The translations under genes and the position numbers were made by a program. A DNA stretch of 61,671 nt, the filler included, from Rhabdomonas costata (taxonomy: Eukaryota): assembly GCA_019059605.1 (NCBI GenBank). It is 24 parts of 24 records of this genome, joined end to end, with 100 filler letters (N's around TTAATTAATTAA, not from the genome) between each part and the next. Parts side by side here need not be neighbours in the genome. Positions count along the whole stretch, not along the records: positions 12,890 to 15,364 come from JAHMHO010003242.1; positions 15,465 to 17,939 come from JAHMHO010003243.1; positions 18,040 to 20,516 come from JAHMHO010003244.1; positions 20,617 to 23,091 come from JAHMHO010003245.1; positions 23,192 to 25,657 come from JAHMHO010003246.1; 19 more parts are not named here. One strand, 5' to 3'. Numbering within the stretch: the stretch's first letter is position 1; the number at the start of each line of letters is the position of its first letter. Under the pieces are notes generated by a model. It was not told the DNA's origin. It saw nothing but the letters and a program-made list of their open reading frames with translations, and did no database searches. This document shows, one piece after another, positions 13,191 through 25,757 of the stretch.

Positions 13191-15364
13191 GACTCCTCGG
13201 GGCGCACCGCCTTCGACATTGCGGTGACGCAGGCAAAGAAACTCGAGTGGAGGCAGGCCCCTCCAACGATTGTTGAGATGGTGAAGGCCCTTCGAGAGTC
13301 CGGGGTAGTGGCCCACGCAGTGCAGGTCCCTGCAGCCGTCCCTTCTTCTCCACTCTCACTTCACCCCGTCACTGACCGACCTTTGCCCCAGAAGGGGTGC
13401 CAACCCAAAGTGCGGACTCTCACGGTGGTGGGAAGGCTGTTATGGGAAAAATCCAGACTCTCAAGAATGGTAAGGAGACGGAGGGTTTACTCACTGAATG
13501 GGACCGCACTGACATTGGGATACAACGAGACCGTTTGGTGTACCTGCTCAGCAAAAGTCAATGGTATTGATGGAACGAGGGTCGACGAGACCAAGCTATG
13601 CAATTAAAAACGCTCTATGTGTAGTGCCTTTGTGTAATTCATGCACTGAATGTATTGCAAATGCGTGCGTTGGGTTCATTCTTCTGGCTGAGGTTGTAGT
13701 ACATCAAAATGGTTTTTAGTCTGCTTCCAAGCGCCTAATGTCCACCTCTTAAATGATCTTTCGAACATTTTGCAGGCGACTCCGTGGGGTTTTCACGTTA
13801 TTTTCTGGGTGCAGCTTCGAAATGACTCATTTTTGGATAAGTTCCAGCGGCCAACATTTCCCTCAGCAAAAGGGTTGCTGTTCAACACATGAAATTGCAA
13901 AACATATACAGTGAATGATTTTTTAATTTTACAGTGAATGTCTGTGGCTCCGTGTCCCTTCCATTTTCTAAGCTCAAGGAGGGTGACGCCGTCGTCCGAG
14001 GCCCGGAGTGGGACCGCCAGGACACGGACGGGGGTGCTGGGAAGCGAGGCCGAGTGATGCAGTTCGACCCGAGCCACTCCACCTATAAAGTGAAATGGGA
14101 ATTCTCCGGCAAAGAGGACTGGTTCAGCTGCACCGAGCAGAAGTGCAAACTCCTCGTTGTCGAAGCGGCCTCTGCAGCGGTCTGTTTCACATTGTTCTGT
14201 TCTCTCTCCTTCTCCCGCTATCATTTGCTCTTTTCTTCGCTTGTTTTCGTCGGTGTTCGGAAATGGTGTGTGTGTGTGTGCCTGTGTCCGGTACCCGTCT
14301 AAAGCCTGTAAATAACTGAGAATTCCATGGTGTAATACCCAGGATCTTGAGCCGTGGAGCCCAGCGCTCGTTTTCACAATGCACAGCATTTTTTCTTCGG
14401 CTCCCTTTTTCTCAATGGCATTCCTGGCCCCGATGCTAACACGCGTCTAAATTCCCCTTGTCTCTCGTGGTGGCGATCTTTCCAAATTGCTCTGGATTGA
14501 ATGGGGTGCGATTGCGGTGCAAAAGGGTACGAAAAAGCCGCCAAGGGGCTCCACAACCGGCCGAGGGTGAAAGCTCGGAAATTTCGTACCCCCAGGACCG
14601 GCCACTCAGCGTTTCGGGAGGCCTGCTGTATATACAAAAGACCCCTACTTCGGCCTATAGCCCTCTCTTCGGGTTATTTTCTTTCGTAAGTTATTAGCAT
14701 GTCTGTCCATGAATGTAAGAGAGCGAAAAAGTTCTGTTTGAGCAGCCAGTCGGTGTTGCAGCAAAATATTTGGCTCTTTCTGCTCAAGAGTACCCCCCTT
14801 CCTTTTCTGTGGCGCAAGCCCAATTCCTCTGTGCTATTGCGTTGTATTCTTGTACTGTGGTGTGGGCTGCTGAGATTGCCGGGTATTTTGGCTTCTGCAA
14901 TCGAGATCGGGATAAAGTGAGGCGATCCGCGGTCCTTTTTTCCCACACTGGGCGTATCTGACGCTATGCCCATTGGTTGCCCCGCTCTCTTATGGCTCTT
15001 TCCCTCGCGGCAGTGCCTCCCATCACTGGAGCACTTGGAAAGAGAATAGGGAATTAAAATTGGGAAGAGGAAGGACCTAAATTGAAGCGAATTGAACTGA
15101 AGTGAAGTGAAAGGTTAATGCGATTTTCTTTCTTTCCTTACCTCTTCTGCTATCGGAGTGGGCTGCTCGTCCTGTGTTGCCCATTCTGCTGGTGGAGCGG
15201 AAGGTCCTCGACGCCGTGGCGGCTACGCTGGTGGGGCCCACAGCGGCGGCGGGGGCTCTGCGTGGGACGGGCCTCACAGAAGCAATGGCCACGGGTGGAC
15301 CTGAGCCGTCCCCTGCCACAGCGGTGTTGCTGTTCGCGTTGCGGCTCGGACTGCCCCCCCAACC
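13191..15364 (+). CDS. Ankyrin-repeat + MIB/HERC2-domain protein, partial
   Basis: One exon reads DSSGRTAFDIA (end of an ankyrin repeat). The next reads LKEGDAVVRGPEWDRQDTDGGAGKRGRV...VKW (MIB_HERC2 consensus VVRGPDW.W..QDGG.G..G.V). A further probable exon starts near 15160. Confidence 0.7.
14514..14645 (+). repeat. Dispersed repeat, copy 2 (intronic)
   Basis: Homologous to 7793-7925. Confidence 0.9.
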
Positions 15365-16147
15365 NNNNNNNNNNNNNNNNNNNNNNNNNNNNNNNNNNNN
15401 NNNNNNNNTTAATTAATTAANNNNNNNNNNNNNNNNNNNNNNNNNNNNNNNNNNNNNNNNNNNNTGTGCAGCTTCAAAAGCAGATTTCTAGCAAATATGT
15501 GTTGGGGCTAAGCAAGAGCAAAGCTTAACCTTGGGGTTATTGAAGTAATTCGAATCCCGATAGGCAGAAGTCAACCTCACCCTCCCTCCCTCCCTTTGAA
15601 GTCTGCAGTAAAAAACCAAACCGCATATTGGAGATGTTATTTTTGATCACAGGGGATGGTAAACTATATCAACGTCCTCTAAATGCATCTATTTTATCAA
15701 AATAGGGTTTGGTACACTGTTTTCCTCCCCGGACCGACACATGTTATTTAAGGGTGAAGAATATTTATGACCGTTCAGCAGTGCTAACGATTACCCCACA
15801 CCCCGGAAAAAATGCAAGTGGTCCTTTGCAATTCTTTGTGTAGTTTAGCGCGAAAACTAGCTTTCGCACATGAGGTCTTTGCAGGTGCGGTATTTAAAAG
15901 GTCATCATCACAGTTCTGTTGTCGATATTTATCGGAGGCTTGTTTGGTGATCGGAAACATCGCGACGGTTTTAGTCCAAGCCCACACTGGACAGCTTAAT
16001 GACCCTTGTTTGCATCTTTGACAGCTGGGGAGTTGATGTGTTACGACTTCTGTCTCATCGTCACCACCATCTTCACCTGCTCGATGCGTTCTTGCTGTCA
16101 ACTTTGTTTGTGACACTTAACGGCCTCTTGACGTTTCTTTTCTTACA

Positions 16148-17939
16148 ATGCGTGGCATTCCAACGTGGATTGTCTTTCTCGGGGTTGTTCTTGCCCTCGC
16201 GGGCTGGATAGCTGCACAAAAGGGCGTCGATGTGCAGATCGAGTGCAAGGGTTGCTCGTGTGATTTCAGCGTCCGCGGATACCTGAGCCCTGCGGTGGGC
16301 CTTGAGCTGGAGATCAGCACCAATTTCATGTACCCAGAGGACGGCACAATAGCCAACCTCACCGCGTGGGGCGGTGATGGGCAGCGTATTTCCCTGACCC
16401 CATCTTCACCAGGTGTCTATGTCATTGCCGCTGCCGATGCGCAGCAACTGGCCGAGCTTCGGTATAGCATCGACGTCATGCAACAACAGCGCAAGCACTG
16501 CGCGATGATGACCTGCAACCACTGCGACGAAGCACAGAGCCACGTTTTCCTGTCGGGTTACGCGTCGTTTCTATGGTTTCACGGCTTGGAGGAGGTCCCG
16601 TACCATGTCAGCGTGGTCCTTCCTACCAACTGGACGGCGGTTTCCGACCTTCAGTCACTACCCGGTCACGTTTCCAGGAAGCCCTTGCATCAGAAGGGAG
16701 GGGACCAGCAGCCAGCCGTGGCCAAGTTCTTAGCCCCCGCGCTGTTCAATCTGCTGGACTCTCCGATCTTGTTGACGCGTACTGAGTTGCTCTATGTTGT
16801 GCAGATCCCTGCGCCGCAGGCTCCTGGGGACAGAAAAACGGGTGCGGGGGACGTGAAAAATACGCAGCTGCTTGTTTGGGACGCCACCCCTATCTCCGGT
16901 TTGTGTGTGTATGTGTGCATGTGAGTTTGTGTTATAAACGCCTCGGAAGAATGTTTTGCAGGAGAATGTGCTGATGATATCAGTCGGGGGGTCGGCAGAC
17001 CCACTTTTTTCTGCCCAGGAACGTGACCTATTCGCTAGACGACCTTGCCCATGTTTCGTCAGGACCAGAACCGTACCAACAGGGGGGGGGGTACTTGATA
17101 ATGAACTCGGACCTTGTGTTAGAATGGCGTTTTTGACCGAAATTCTCATTTAAGCACTCCCAGCAGATTTCAGAGGTTCTGCGGAACAGCCCTACGGGCG
17201 ATGCAACAGTATCCCAGAGAATTGTGCAATCCCTACTTACTTCCTAGAACCCTATCCTGGTCTCAGTATTAGTAGAACGTTACTTTTGCTCTGAGTGCGA
17301 CAATGGTGGCGTTTCGGCCCGCACAATGACATGTCTTTTCTTGGTCTTTGGTATTCCAGATCTTGTTGCAGCACGCCTGAAGCGGGCAACGTCCATTACC
17401 ATGCTCGCACTGCAACGGCTGGGCTTCAACCTTCACACTCGCCAGCACAGCCTTGCTACTCAGGGGGTCGTCCCCAGAGGCCTCGCCACAGACCCACTTC
17501 CCTACACCATTTACTTTGAGCTCTACGCCGCCGGCGCTGACTACCGCTTTCTTAACTGGGCCCTGGCACACCCCGACGCATTCCAGGGTTCGGATGAGGC
17601 CAAGCACTTCTCCAACTTCTACGACGTGGGGCTGACATACCACTTCATTCACCACATGTACCACTCCTACTTTGTACCGGAACGGGTCTATACGGATAAC
17701 TTTCTCCCCTTGAAGACGGCTTGGAAGATTGGCCGGCGGTCAGGTTTCATGTGGTTTGCTGAAGGCTTCCCTCAGTACGCTGCGTACTCTGGCTTGGCCT
17801 TGACCAAGAGTTTCTCGCTCAGCGACGTCCTCACGAGCTTCTGTTGGCGGTTTGCTGCGACCATCTTACGCACGCCCCCGACCAACATGTCCCTGGTTGA
17901 AATTTCCTCGACCGTGTCGCCAGGAACCCCTCTCTGGAG
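16148..17939 (+). CDS. Secreted M61 (glycyl aminopeptidase)-like gluzincin with an altered zinc motif; 2 exons, 3'-truncated
   Basis: A signal peptide is followed by HVFLSGYASFLW, V.LP..W...S.L and LLDSPI (M61 N-domain), then HHMYHSY and MWFAEGFPQY. The GT-AG intron at 16899-17359 restores the frame. Confidence 0.7.
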
Positions 17940-18120
17940 NNNNNNNNNNNNNNNNNNNNNNNNNNNNNNNNNNNNNNNNNNNNTTAATTAATTAANNNNN
18001 NNNNNNNNNNNNNNNNNNNNNNNNNNNNNNNNNNNNNNNTGTGTGGGGGGGGGGAAGTTAGGCGTCAGTAGGCTGGTGTGGTTTTTGCCCTGGAGTCGTG
18101 GAGTGGGGTTGCTGTGTCAG

Positions 18121-19185
18121 ATCTACTTCAGCATGGACGCGAGCTCCTACGGCGGGCTCGTGGTGGTTGCCCAGCACACCGAGGTCTCCACGGGAGGTCC
18201 TGTGGCCAACCTGGACGGCTACCTGGGGCTGAACTTCTCCGCGGTGCCCTTCGCGGACCTCCATGTGATGGACTTCATCCACAACCGGATTCAGGCATGG
18301 AATTGGAAAAGCAGTGCAATAGTGCGAGAGCAGCAGCACAGCAAGTGTGAAGTGGTCAGCAAGTATTTTCGTGTTATGCGGCCTCAAAAGTGAGAGTAGG
18401 AAGGAAGGAGAACAGAAACTGTAAAAAACAATTTTTCACCACCCACTTCGCTTTGAAGTCCGAAAGCGCCTCTGATATGAACTTATAGGTTACGTATGGA
18501 CCATAGTTTTCCCTTCCTTCCCTTCAGGGTGGGGCCGCAATAGTGGCGGACCTGTTCTTTGAGTACCCCCCGTTCCCCCCAACGACGGGGTACGACAGCC
18601 TGCCCTGCTCGGGCCTCTGCACCCCCACCCTCTCTGCCTGCACCTCGGCGCACTACCTGGAGTACGACGTGGGGTGGCAGAAGCTCCCCGTGGTGTTCCA
18701 CAGCATCGCCGACCTCCGCAGCGCCACCGACGACTGGGTGGACATCTACGCGGAGTACACCAAGGTGATGGAGTTTCGTTTCCTTGCTCCGTGTGCACCC
18801 CGGTGATTACCTTGCGGCTTTGAAAATGCTTTGAGAAGATACCCAAACCGCTGTCGTACGCCCCCTCCGGGAGCACCTGGGGTTAAAAAATGAACGTTTG
18901 GTGACTCCCACTCTCCACCCACACACGTATACTATGCTGCCAGAGATAAGGGACTCATCCGGAGATGAGAGAAGGCCGTGCTGCTCAGAGTATGCACCCA
19001 TTGCATGTGTGTGACGAGGCGGTATGTAGGCCAAATGGCCATGTGAGAGTGCATCAAACTCGGGTACGCCAAGAACTGTAAAAAACACGGCGTGTGGCGA
19101 TTTTATGCCGTCAGGAGAAAAAGAAAACTCCTGTCCTCGGGATCACGCTTGGGAGAAGCCAGGCGCAGGCTCCCGAGCGATCCGA

Positions 19186-19224
<39 letters not shown>

Positions 19225-19710
19225 ACAGCCACTGGCTAAGAACTATCCAGAGCAGTCCCACGTGATCCTCAAAGTCTGAAAACAGTCGACGTTTCACCCC
19301 CCTCCCTCCCAGAAAAAAAACAATAGTTTCCTGTCGGGTGAGGTTTAGCTGAGGTTGTGACCTATGTTAAACGTGGATTTGGTTTCTCAGTAATCAGAAC
19401 GTCAGTGTGCAAGCGTCAAGAATCCCGAGAGGTGGGTGCGCGATGTGGTTTTTCCCACCGTTGAGTATGAATCCCATGCGCCCCCAGGTCTTCTCGGAGG
19501 GAACGACAGTGAGCCCGCTGTTTCAGGGCTGCGCCCTACCCGCCCCCTCCGCGCTGCCCTCCCTGAACCTGACCCTCTCCAGCATCCCCAGCACCCTGCT
19601 AAGCTCCCAGGCGCTGATTCCGGCGGTGCAGTTCGCCGTGGCGGCGCTGCTGCCCGGGGTGGCTGCGAGCAATGTGGTGGTGGAGCTGAGCACTCTGGCG
19701 GCCTCCCAAG
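18121..19710 (+). CDS. Hypothetical (probably extracellular) protein, 3 exons
   Basis: GC3-rich exons at 18121-18294, 18528-18764 and 19488-19710 have matching phases. The first donor is GC (gcatgg). Confidence 0.6.
19187..19222. repeat. (CA)n microsatellite
   Basis: Long perfect CA run in an intron. Confidence 0.95.
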
Positions 19711-21718
19711 GTTGGTGTGCCACGTCACGGGGTGGAAACACAGGATTGCGAATGGACTCGTATACGAGCTTTTTTTTTGGACCTTTTTAAGGTTTTAGAA
19801 TTTTGAGCAATGCCGAAAAAAGTACGCCTGTTTGGAATTTACGAACTTTGAACTTTTACTTTTAAACTGAACATAGGGAGAATGAATCTCTGGGGAATGC
19901 CCCCCCCCCTTGCCCCCGTGACTAAGACGAAGTGTACTGAGGACATTAAGGTGCGCATCATTTCTCAACCTCAAGAAACTCAAGAACCTCAAGAAACTGC
20001 CCCGTGGCTGGGGGTGCAGCCCGAAGTATTACGATGGGGTTGGTTCCCTTCAAGCTCAGCGATAAACGGTAAGCAACATTCCTCTGCCGGGCGAAGGTGG
20101 GCGAAGACGTTCCAGCTCACCTACGGGAGCTCAACGCGACCGAAAAAACTCGCCCAGCAGTACACCGCCTTGCGCAAGACTGGCATCAGAGCCCAAACAT
20201 CGGGAAACATAGAAGAGGGACACCAGCAACAGCACAACGCGGTGTAGCGTCCGTAGCTGTCAGAGGGGCAACCTCATAATGGTCGATTTCCACAGATCAC
20301 AGATTCACAATGGTCACTTCAAGGCAGCCAGACAACCAGCCAGACACACTTCTGACATTCTCCCCCCCCCCTCTCTCTCTTTCTCGCTTTCTCGCTCTCT
20401 CTCATCTTTGCAGTGAGGGCAACCAGCGTCCAATAGGCAACCTCTTCCGAACACAGCACGCACGCGAACCCAGCAAGGATGGAGGACGGTACACCCCGCG
20501 GTGCGCCAGCGAGAGTNNNNNNNNNNNNNNNNNNNNNNNNNNNNNNNNNNNNNNNNNNNNTTAATTAATTAANNNNNNNNNNNNNNNNNNNNNNNNNNNN
20601 NNNNNNNNNNNNNNNNTGTTTGTTGTGGGAGGCACACATTAGAGCAGGAAAGAGCACGGATATAACTATGCCTCCTAGCACGCGTGCCTCCCACAACAAA
20701 TTCTGCTGCGTCCCAGGGGAGATTATTTAGTCTCGCATGGGGTTAGGATAGAAATGCACGTGTCTCCTGGGTGGTCTTGCGGAGCGATTTTTCCGAGATG
20801 TCTTGGGCCGCTCGTCCGAAGAGATTGACCCTTCGCGGAGCAAGACTAGATGCAAACTGGCGACTACAACTTGTTTTCATTCCTGGTGAAAAACAAGAAA
20901 ATGAGATAAACGCACGGTTGCGTGCTGCTCATTTTTCACGGATGCAATGTGCATTAATTTATTGCATTTCTTGCTATTGCATGCGTACGTTTTTCTGTCG
21001 ACTCCACGTCCCCAAATCTCAAAAAAGAGCAGCCAAAGAAGTTCCTCTTTGCCGTCGCCTGTCGCCAGTTTCGTCGGTCAATCGCTTGCCCCTTGTTGTC
21101 TGGAAACCGCTTCCAGTCTTTTTTCCCTTGTGCGTGCGTCCCGTTTCCCATAGCAGGGCGCCTATGTCCTGAGATTGGTCCTCAGACCTTTTAATGTGGC
21201 GGACGAATTGACCACCTTGTTGGTGCACTTTGAGCAGGTGGTCAAGAAAAAGAAATGAAATGGCCCCAGGTTCATGCTGTTTTATGCGCTCGATACAAAG
21301 AACGGAACCAAAAACGCACATTTCAAAGAAAACCCACCTTCACTACTGGATGGAGCGGCTCCGTAGAAAAGCGCGGGTGACACCAGCGGGCTGCTTAGTG
21401 AGCAAAGAATTACAATATTCACAATGGTACAATTCAAAACATCAGTTTTGCAGGCTTTTTTCCAATTGACTTTTTTTCACTGTAACTGTAGCCCCAGTTT
21501 TTTTTTGAACAGTGTTCTTTGTGCTACTTGTTTCTTTGCGATTTTCGTGCTGCCTCATGCTCGGTCGTGGTGTTACGCTTCGATTATATTGTATCCCAAT
21601 CACTTTTTCCCTTCTAAAGGTAACACACAAGCAAGAAGATGCTGAAACAGTCACCTCCATTCCTTAAACCGTGGTAGGACGAAACAGCAGACGCCAGGAC
21701 GCGAAAGTACTTTGTTAA

Positions 21719-21793
21719 ATGGCGCGTCTGAAGATTGATCCTGTTGTTATCTTCAACATTCTTGATCACTACATCAGAAGAAATGACTCTCAG
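21719..21793 (+). CDS. First exon of an eIF3 subunit F / MPN-family protein
   Basis: MARLKIDPVVIFNILDHYIRRNDSQ followed by a gt donor matches the MPN N-terminus 'V.VHP.V...I.DHY.RR...Q'. No downstream exon was identified. Confidence 0.6.
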
Positions 21794-22731
21794 GTCCCAT
21801 TTTTGTTCAGCAGCGAAACAAACTCTGTTCAACGCAAGCAAGCGCTGTTCAAATTTGTCCGTCGGTCAATGTGGGTTTGGTGTCTTTTGAATATTTTGGA
21901 TTCTTTTAAACTTTTCAATCTTTATTTCTCCTTGTGCCACTCAGCATGAAAGAACACGAACACGGAGGAGTTTTAAGCTTCCTGCTGGGTAAACCAAGGG
22001 AAAGGCCCTTTTAGTTTCGGGGTATTCTACGTACCCGCGGTTTCCCGTCCAGCAGAGTCCATGGCCTGTTGGTGGTCAGGTGTATTTTGCGAAACCTTGC
22101 GTTCCCACAGGACGGCAAGCAAAAAAACAACGACAGCGCTCCACAGCAGTCTTTTGAAAGGTGGGACTGTCATTGCAATTTTGGCTATATGGTTGGCGGC
22201 CCGGCGGCCCGGGACAGACGCGGTCAGAAAAAGTTTTTAGCAAACAGGAACTTGCCAATAGTCCGGGCCCCAAACTTTCCCCAATGGCGCGCCAGACTGC
22301 CGCAACGGTCGACCAGACTCAACAGACAAGGCGTCCTTTGGGAATTCGTTGTGCGTAAAAAAAGAATTCGTTGTGCGCAAAAAACCACCTCGTTGATTTT
22401 GATTGTTATTTTGAAACCTGCCACTGCATGTGGCGGTTCCTTTTCAAGGTTCCTTTTCAATTTCTGAGACAAAGCCGAGCATTAGTACCATGTTTTATTG
22501 GGCTTGCACTCACAACTGATCACAAGCAACGAGCACTCGACTCACAACTCCAAACGAGCGCAGAAAAAACCACCGTGCAACACGCCTGGACAGGAAAACA
22601 GCAAGTGCAAATGTTTGTTCACTCAAATGAGGTCTTGTCTGAAAAGTGACGTGCGGTACAGCATCTGGCAAACTCCCAATGGGAGCCTGCTTCTGCTTCT
22701 GCAGCAAACCGTCCCGCAAACAGCCAGCACG

Positions 22732-23046
22732 TCAAAGAGAGGCCTTTCGCAAATCGTACCAGCTCTCCTCGGCAGCTTTGATCAGAGTGATTACAATCTG
22801 ATTTTCTTTGACAACATAGAACGACTCCGCCGGATCGATCTTTCCATAGAGCTTGCTAACACAAAGCCGATGCTTCTGGCCAGCATCTTCAATCAGGAGG
22901 TCAAACATGTGCTCATCAAAGTTCACAGAGACATCCTCCGAAGGGTGAGTTCCGATGCCGCTCCAGTCTACGTACACCTTCATTGATTTCTTGCCGTCAC
23001 TGTAGGAGTACTTTGTTATGGAGAGTGGTGTTTTTTCAATCGAACG
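22732..23046 (-). CDS. CS (p23/SGT1/CacyBP-like) domain protein, last exon
   Basis: The exon encodes ITKYSYSDGKKSMKVYVD...VSVNFDEHMFDL.I.....HRL.V.KLYGKIDPAES...VKEN.IVITL.K....SW..L, followed by a stop. Confidence 0.8.
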   Translation of the reverse strand, partial: RSIEKTPLSITKYSYSDGKKSMKVYVDWSGIGTHPSEDVSVNFDEHMFDLLIEDAGQKHRLCVSKLYGKIDPAESFYVVKENQIVITLIKAAEESWYDLRKASL

Positions 23047-23826
23047 CTGCAGAAAAGCAACAATAAGTAACATACGCAGAAGACAGCCATTNNNNNNNNN
23101 NNNNNNNNNNNNNNNNNNNNNNNNNNNNNNNNNNNTTAATTAATTAANNNNNNNNNNNNNNNNNNNNNNNNNNNNNNNNNNNNNNNNNNNNTGGTTGTTC
23201 TACTGTCATACAAGCGCGGGCGACAGCAATGGAACAAAAGGAGGACTTCAGCGAAACACAAAAACCTGCACAGGAAAGACCTACATTTTTCAACTCTTTC
23301 CTTGTCCGCCTTTCGTCCCTCTCACGGCGGTTGACGGATCTCCCTCTCTTTCACTTGCCATATTTCCTATGAGGTAAATAGTCCTTGCCATTCCTTCTCT
23401 TCTGTTTTTGTGCTAAATTGTGTCGGACCCACTGAAAATTTTCTCTGCGCATTGTTTTTTAAATTTCAGTAATAGCAGCACGCACAGTGTTCTTCGCCGG
23501 GGTGAAAGGAATGGCATGATTTACACCGGAGAGGGAATGGTGAATTATGATTAAGGAGAAAAGGTGCGAGGTATGTTGGTAGGAATTTCGGATTTGAATC
23601 GAAACCTTTAACAATGTATCCAAGTGTCACAGAGGTAATTGATCAGCAAAAAAAACCAAGGCAATTGAGCACCGGCAATTTAATCATTTCAGAGCCTCGC
23701 TGCGTTGCGGCTGGTTTAGTCAAATATTTGGGCAAAAAAATAATTATTGCGAACAGGGCAGTATGGAGTCGTGGCGTCGCCGCAACAGCCCTGCTCAACC
23801 CCCCCGCCACGCCCAAGCATGCAAAC

Positions 23827-25417
23827 CTTCGGAGGAAACTCCTTGATCCACTGGTCAGCCGAGCTGAACGCTGCAATCTGCTCGTCTGTGTATCCCATGT
23901 CCCGCATGATGAGCCATTGGGGCTTGTTCGCAGCCTTCTTCAACTTCTTCCCCACAAACTTCCCAGCAATAGCCTAATCCGAACCCCACCCAACCATTCA
24001 GCAGACGCAAAAACAAGAGACGGCAATGCTGAGAAAACGTGACTCATTCCCCACACACCTTATCCGCCTCACTTTTCACAGTGGGTTCGGGCTTCTTGGG
24101 GGCTTCCTCGTCGTCGTCGTCAACAGGAAACACGGGCGGGTTTCCATATTGGGCCATTTCATTTCTAAGCTTCTGTGCACAGGCAGCGATGGGCATGCCA
24201 GTGATGTGCAGCCCAAAGGGCAACAGCGTCCTCTTACCCTTCAACCGTTGGTACCCAGCGCAGAACTCCGCCTTGCTGAAGGAGAAACCTGTTGAAGAAA
24301 AGAAAGAGAAACATTGTGTTTGCATCAAATACTTCCAAGGGCACCTTTTAGGACACCACTGCGACGTGGTGGCTTTTTTACCGCGCACTGCAGGTGCGAA
24401 CAAAGAATGCTGAAGTGCTGAAAGGCGAAGCACACACAAAAACGAACCATGTCCGAGGTGCAGCTTCCCATTCATGTACGGATAGGGAAACGTGATGAAG
24501 AATTTGGGAGGTTTGGAAGCATCCAAAGGTGCATCAGCCTCGAAAACTCGGCTCTCTTCCCTGTAGAGCGCACATTGGACAGGGGGGGGGGAACACCAAT
24601 GCATGCCCCCAATGGGGATTCCCAACGCCGCCAGTTGTGCTTAACCTTTACGGCCCCTTGAGCCTTGAGTTCACATTCCCCAACACCGGGTCTGGTTCCA
24701 GCAAGATGGCCCATTCCCCACACTCGTGAGGTATTGGCCCGTCTTCATTGCCTTTTCCCTGTGTTCGTCTTCGAGGAGGGCACATGCAGGGCGTGCTGTC
24801 TTCACAGTTCTGACCTCCATTCTGTGTGAGTGCTTCCTGGCCCCCTCCCCCTTTACCATTCCTCACCTCAAGCCTGTCACGCGGTCGAGGTACACTCTAG
24901 ACAAAGTGGCAGCGGTGCAGGGGGGGGGGCTAAAAATTCCGCTTTGACAAAGGGGAGTACTTGCTGCTAACTCACTTTCATCTGGGACTTCCACAGCGGC
25001 CGGAACTCCCTGTGATCTTTGTCAGCCCCTGGACGTGTTTGGATGATCGGGTGCCCAAAGGCGGGACGTGGAAGAGACACAACAGCTTTTGCGCAGCTGT
25101 CGCGGAAATGTCAGTCTCTTCCCACACAGAAGTCGAGGTTCAGGTTCGGGAACGGCGCGCGGACCTCCTACGTTGGACTCGTGGGCGACGTGGGCGAGAT
25201 ACCGCTGTTGATCCAACCATCATACATATCCTGAAACCTTCACACCAATGGGTGCACGCCACCCATAAAGAACAATTGCAGTGTAGCAAGTATGAGCATT
25301 ATCAGAGGAAAAACACGTCACACAACAGACAAAGACATGCCATTCGCGCTGATATTTCCTCTGAATTTCAAGCAGGCGATCTCGCCTTGTCCACTCGGGA
25401 CCAACCTTTGTAGTCAT
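23827..25417 (-). CDS. LARS1: Cytosolic leucyl-tRNA synthetase, 5' four exons
   Basis: The exons contain RRDRLLEIQRKYQREW, KFFITFPYPYMNGKLHLGH (HIGH-like), SKAEFCAGYQRLKGKRTLLPFGLHITGMPI and QWLIMRDMG..DEQIAAF. Intron 1 is GC-AG. Confidence 0.97.
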
Positions 25418-25757
25418 CCTCGACGAGGACCTCAACGAGAAGAAGCGAAGAAACTTCGTCTTCAACCAACGACCGATTTCAAATCCTACCCGTGGTACTG
25501 CCCTGATGCTGAAATTCAGCGTACAATAACACATTTAGACAAAAAATAAATGCTAAATTTTTCAAAAATAATTTTTTGAATTCTGAACTCCGAGAATTGT
25601 AATCTTTTTATCATGCCGTCATGCTGAATAACAATAATGTGTATTACCCCCCCCCACNNNNNNNNNNNNNNNNNNNNNNNNNNNNNNNNNNNNNNNNNNN
25701 NTTAATTAATTAANNNNNNNNNNNNNNNNNNNNNNNNNNNNNNNNNNNNNNNNNNNN

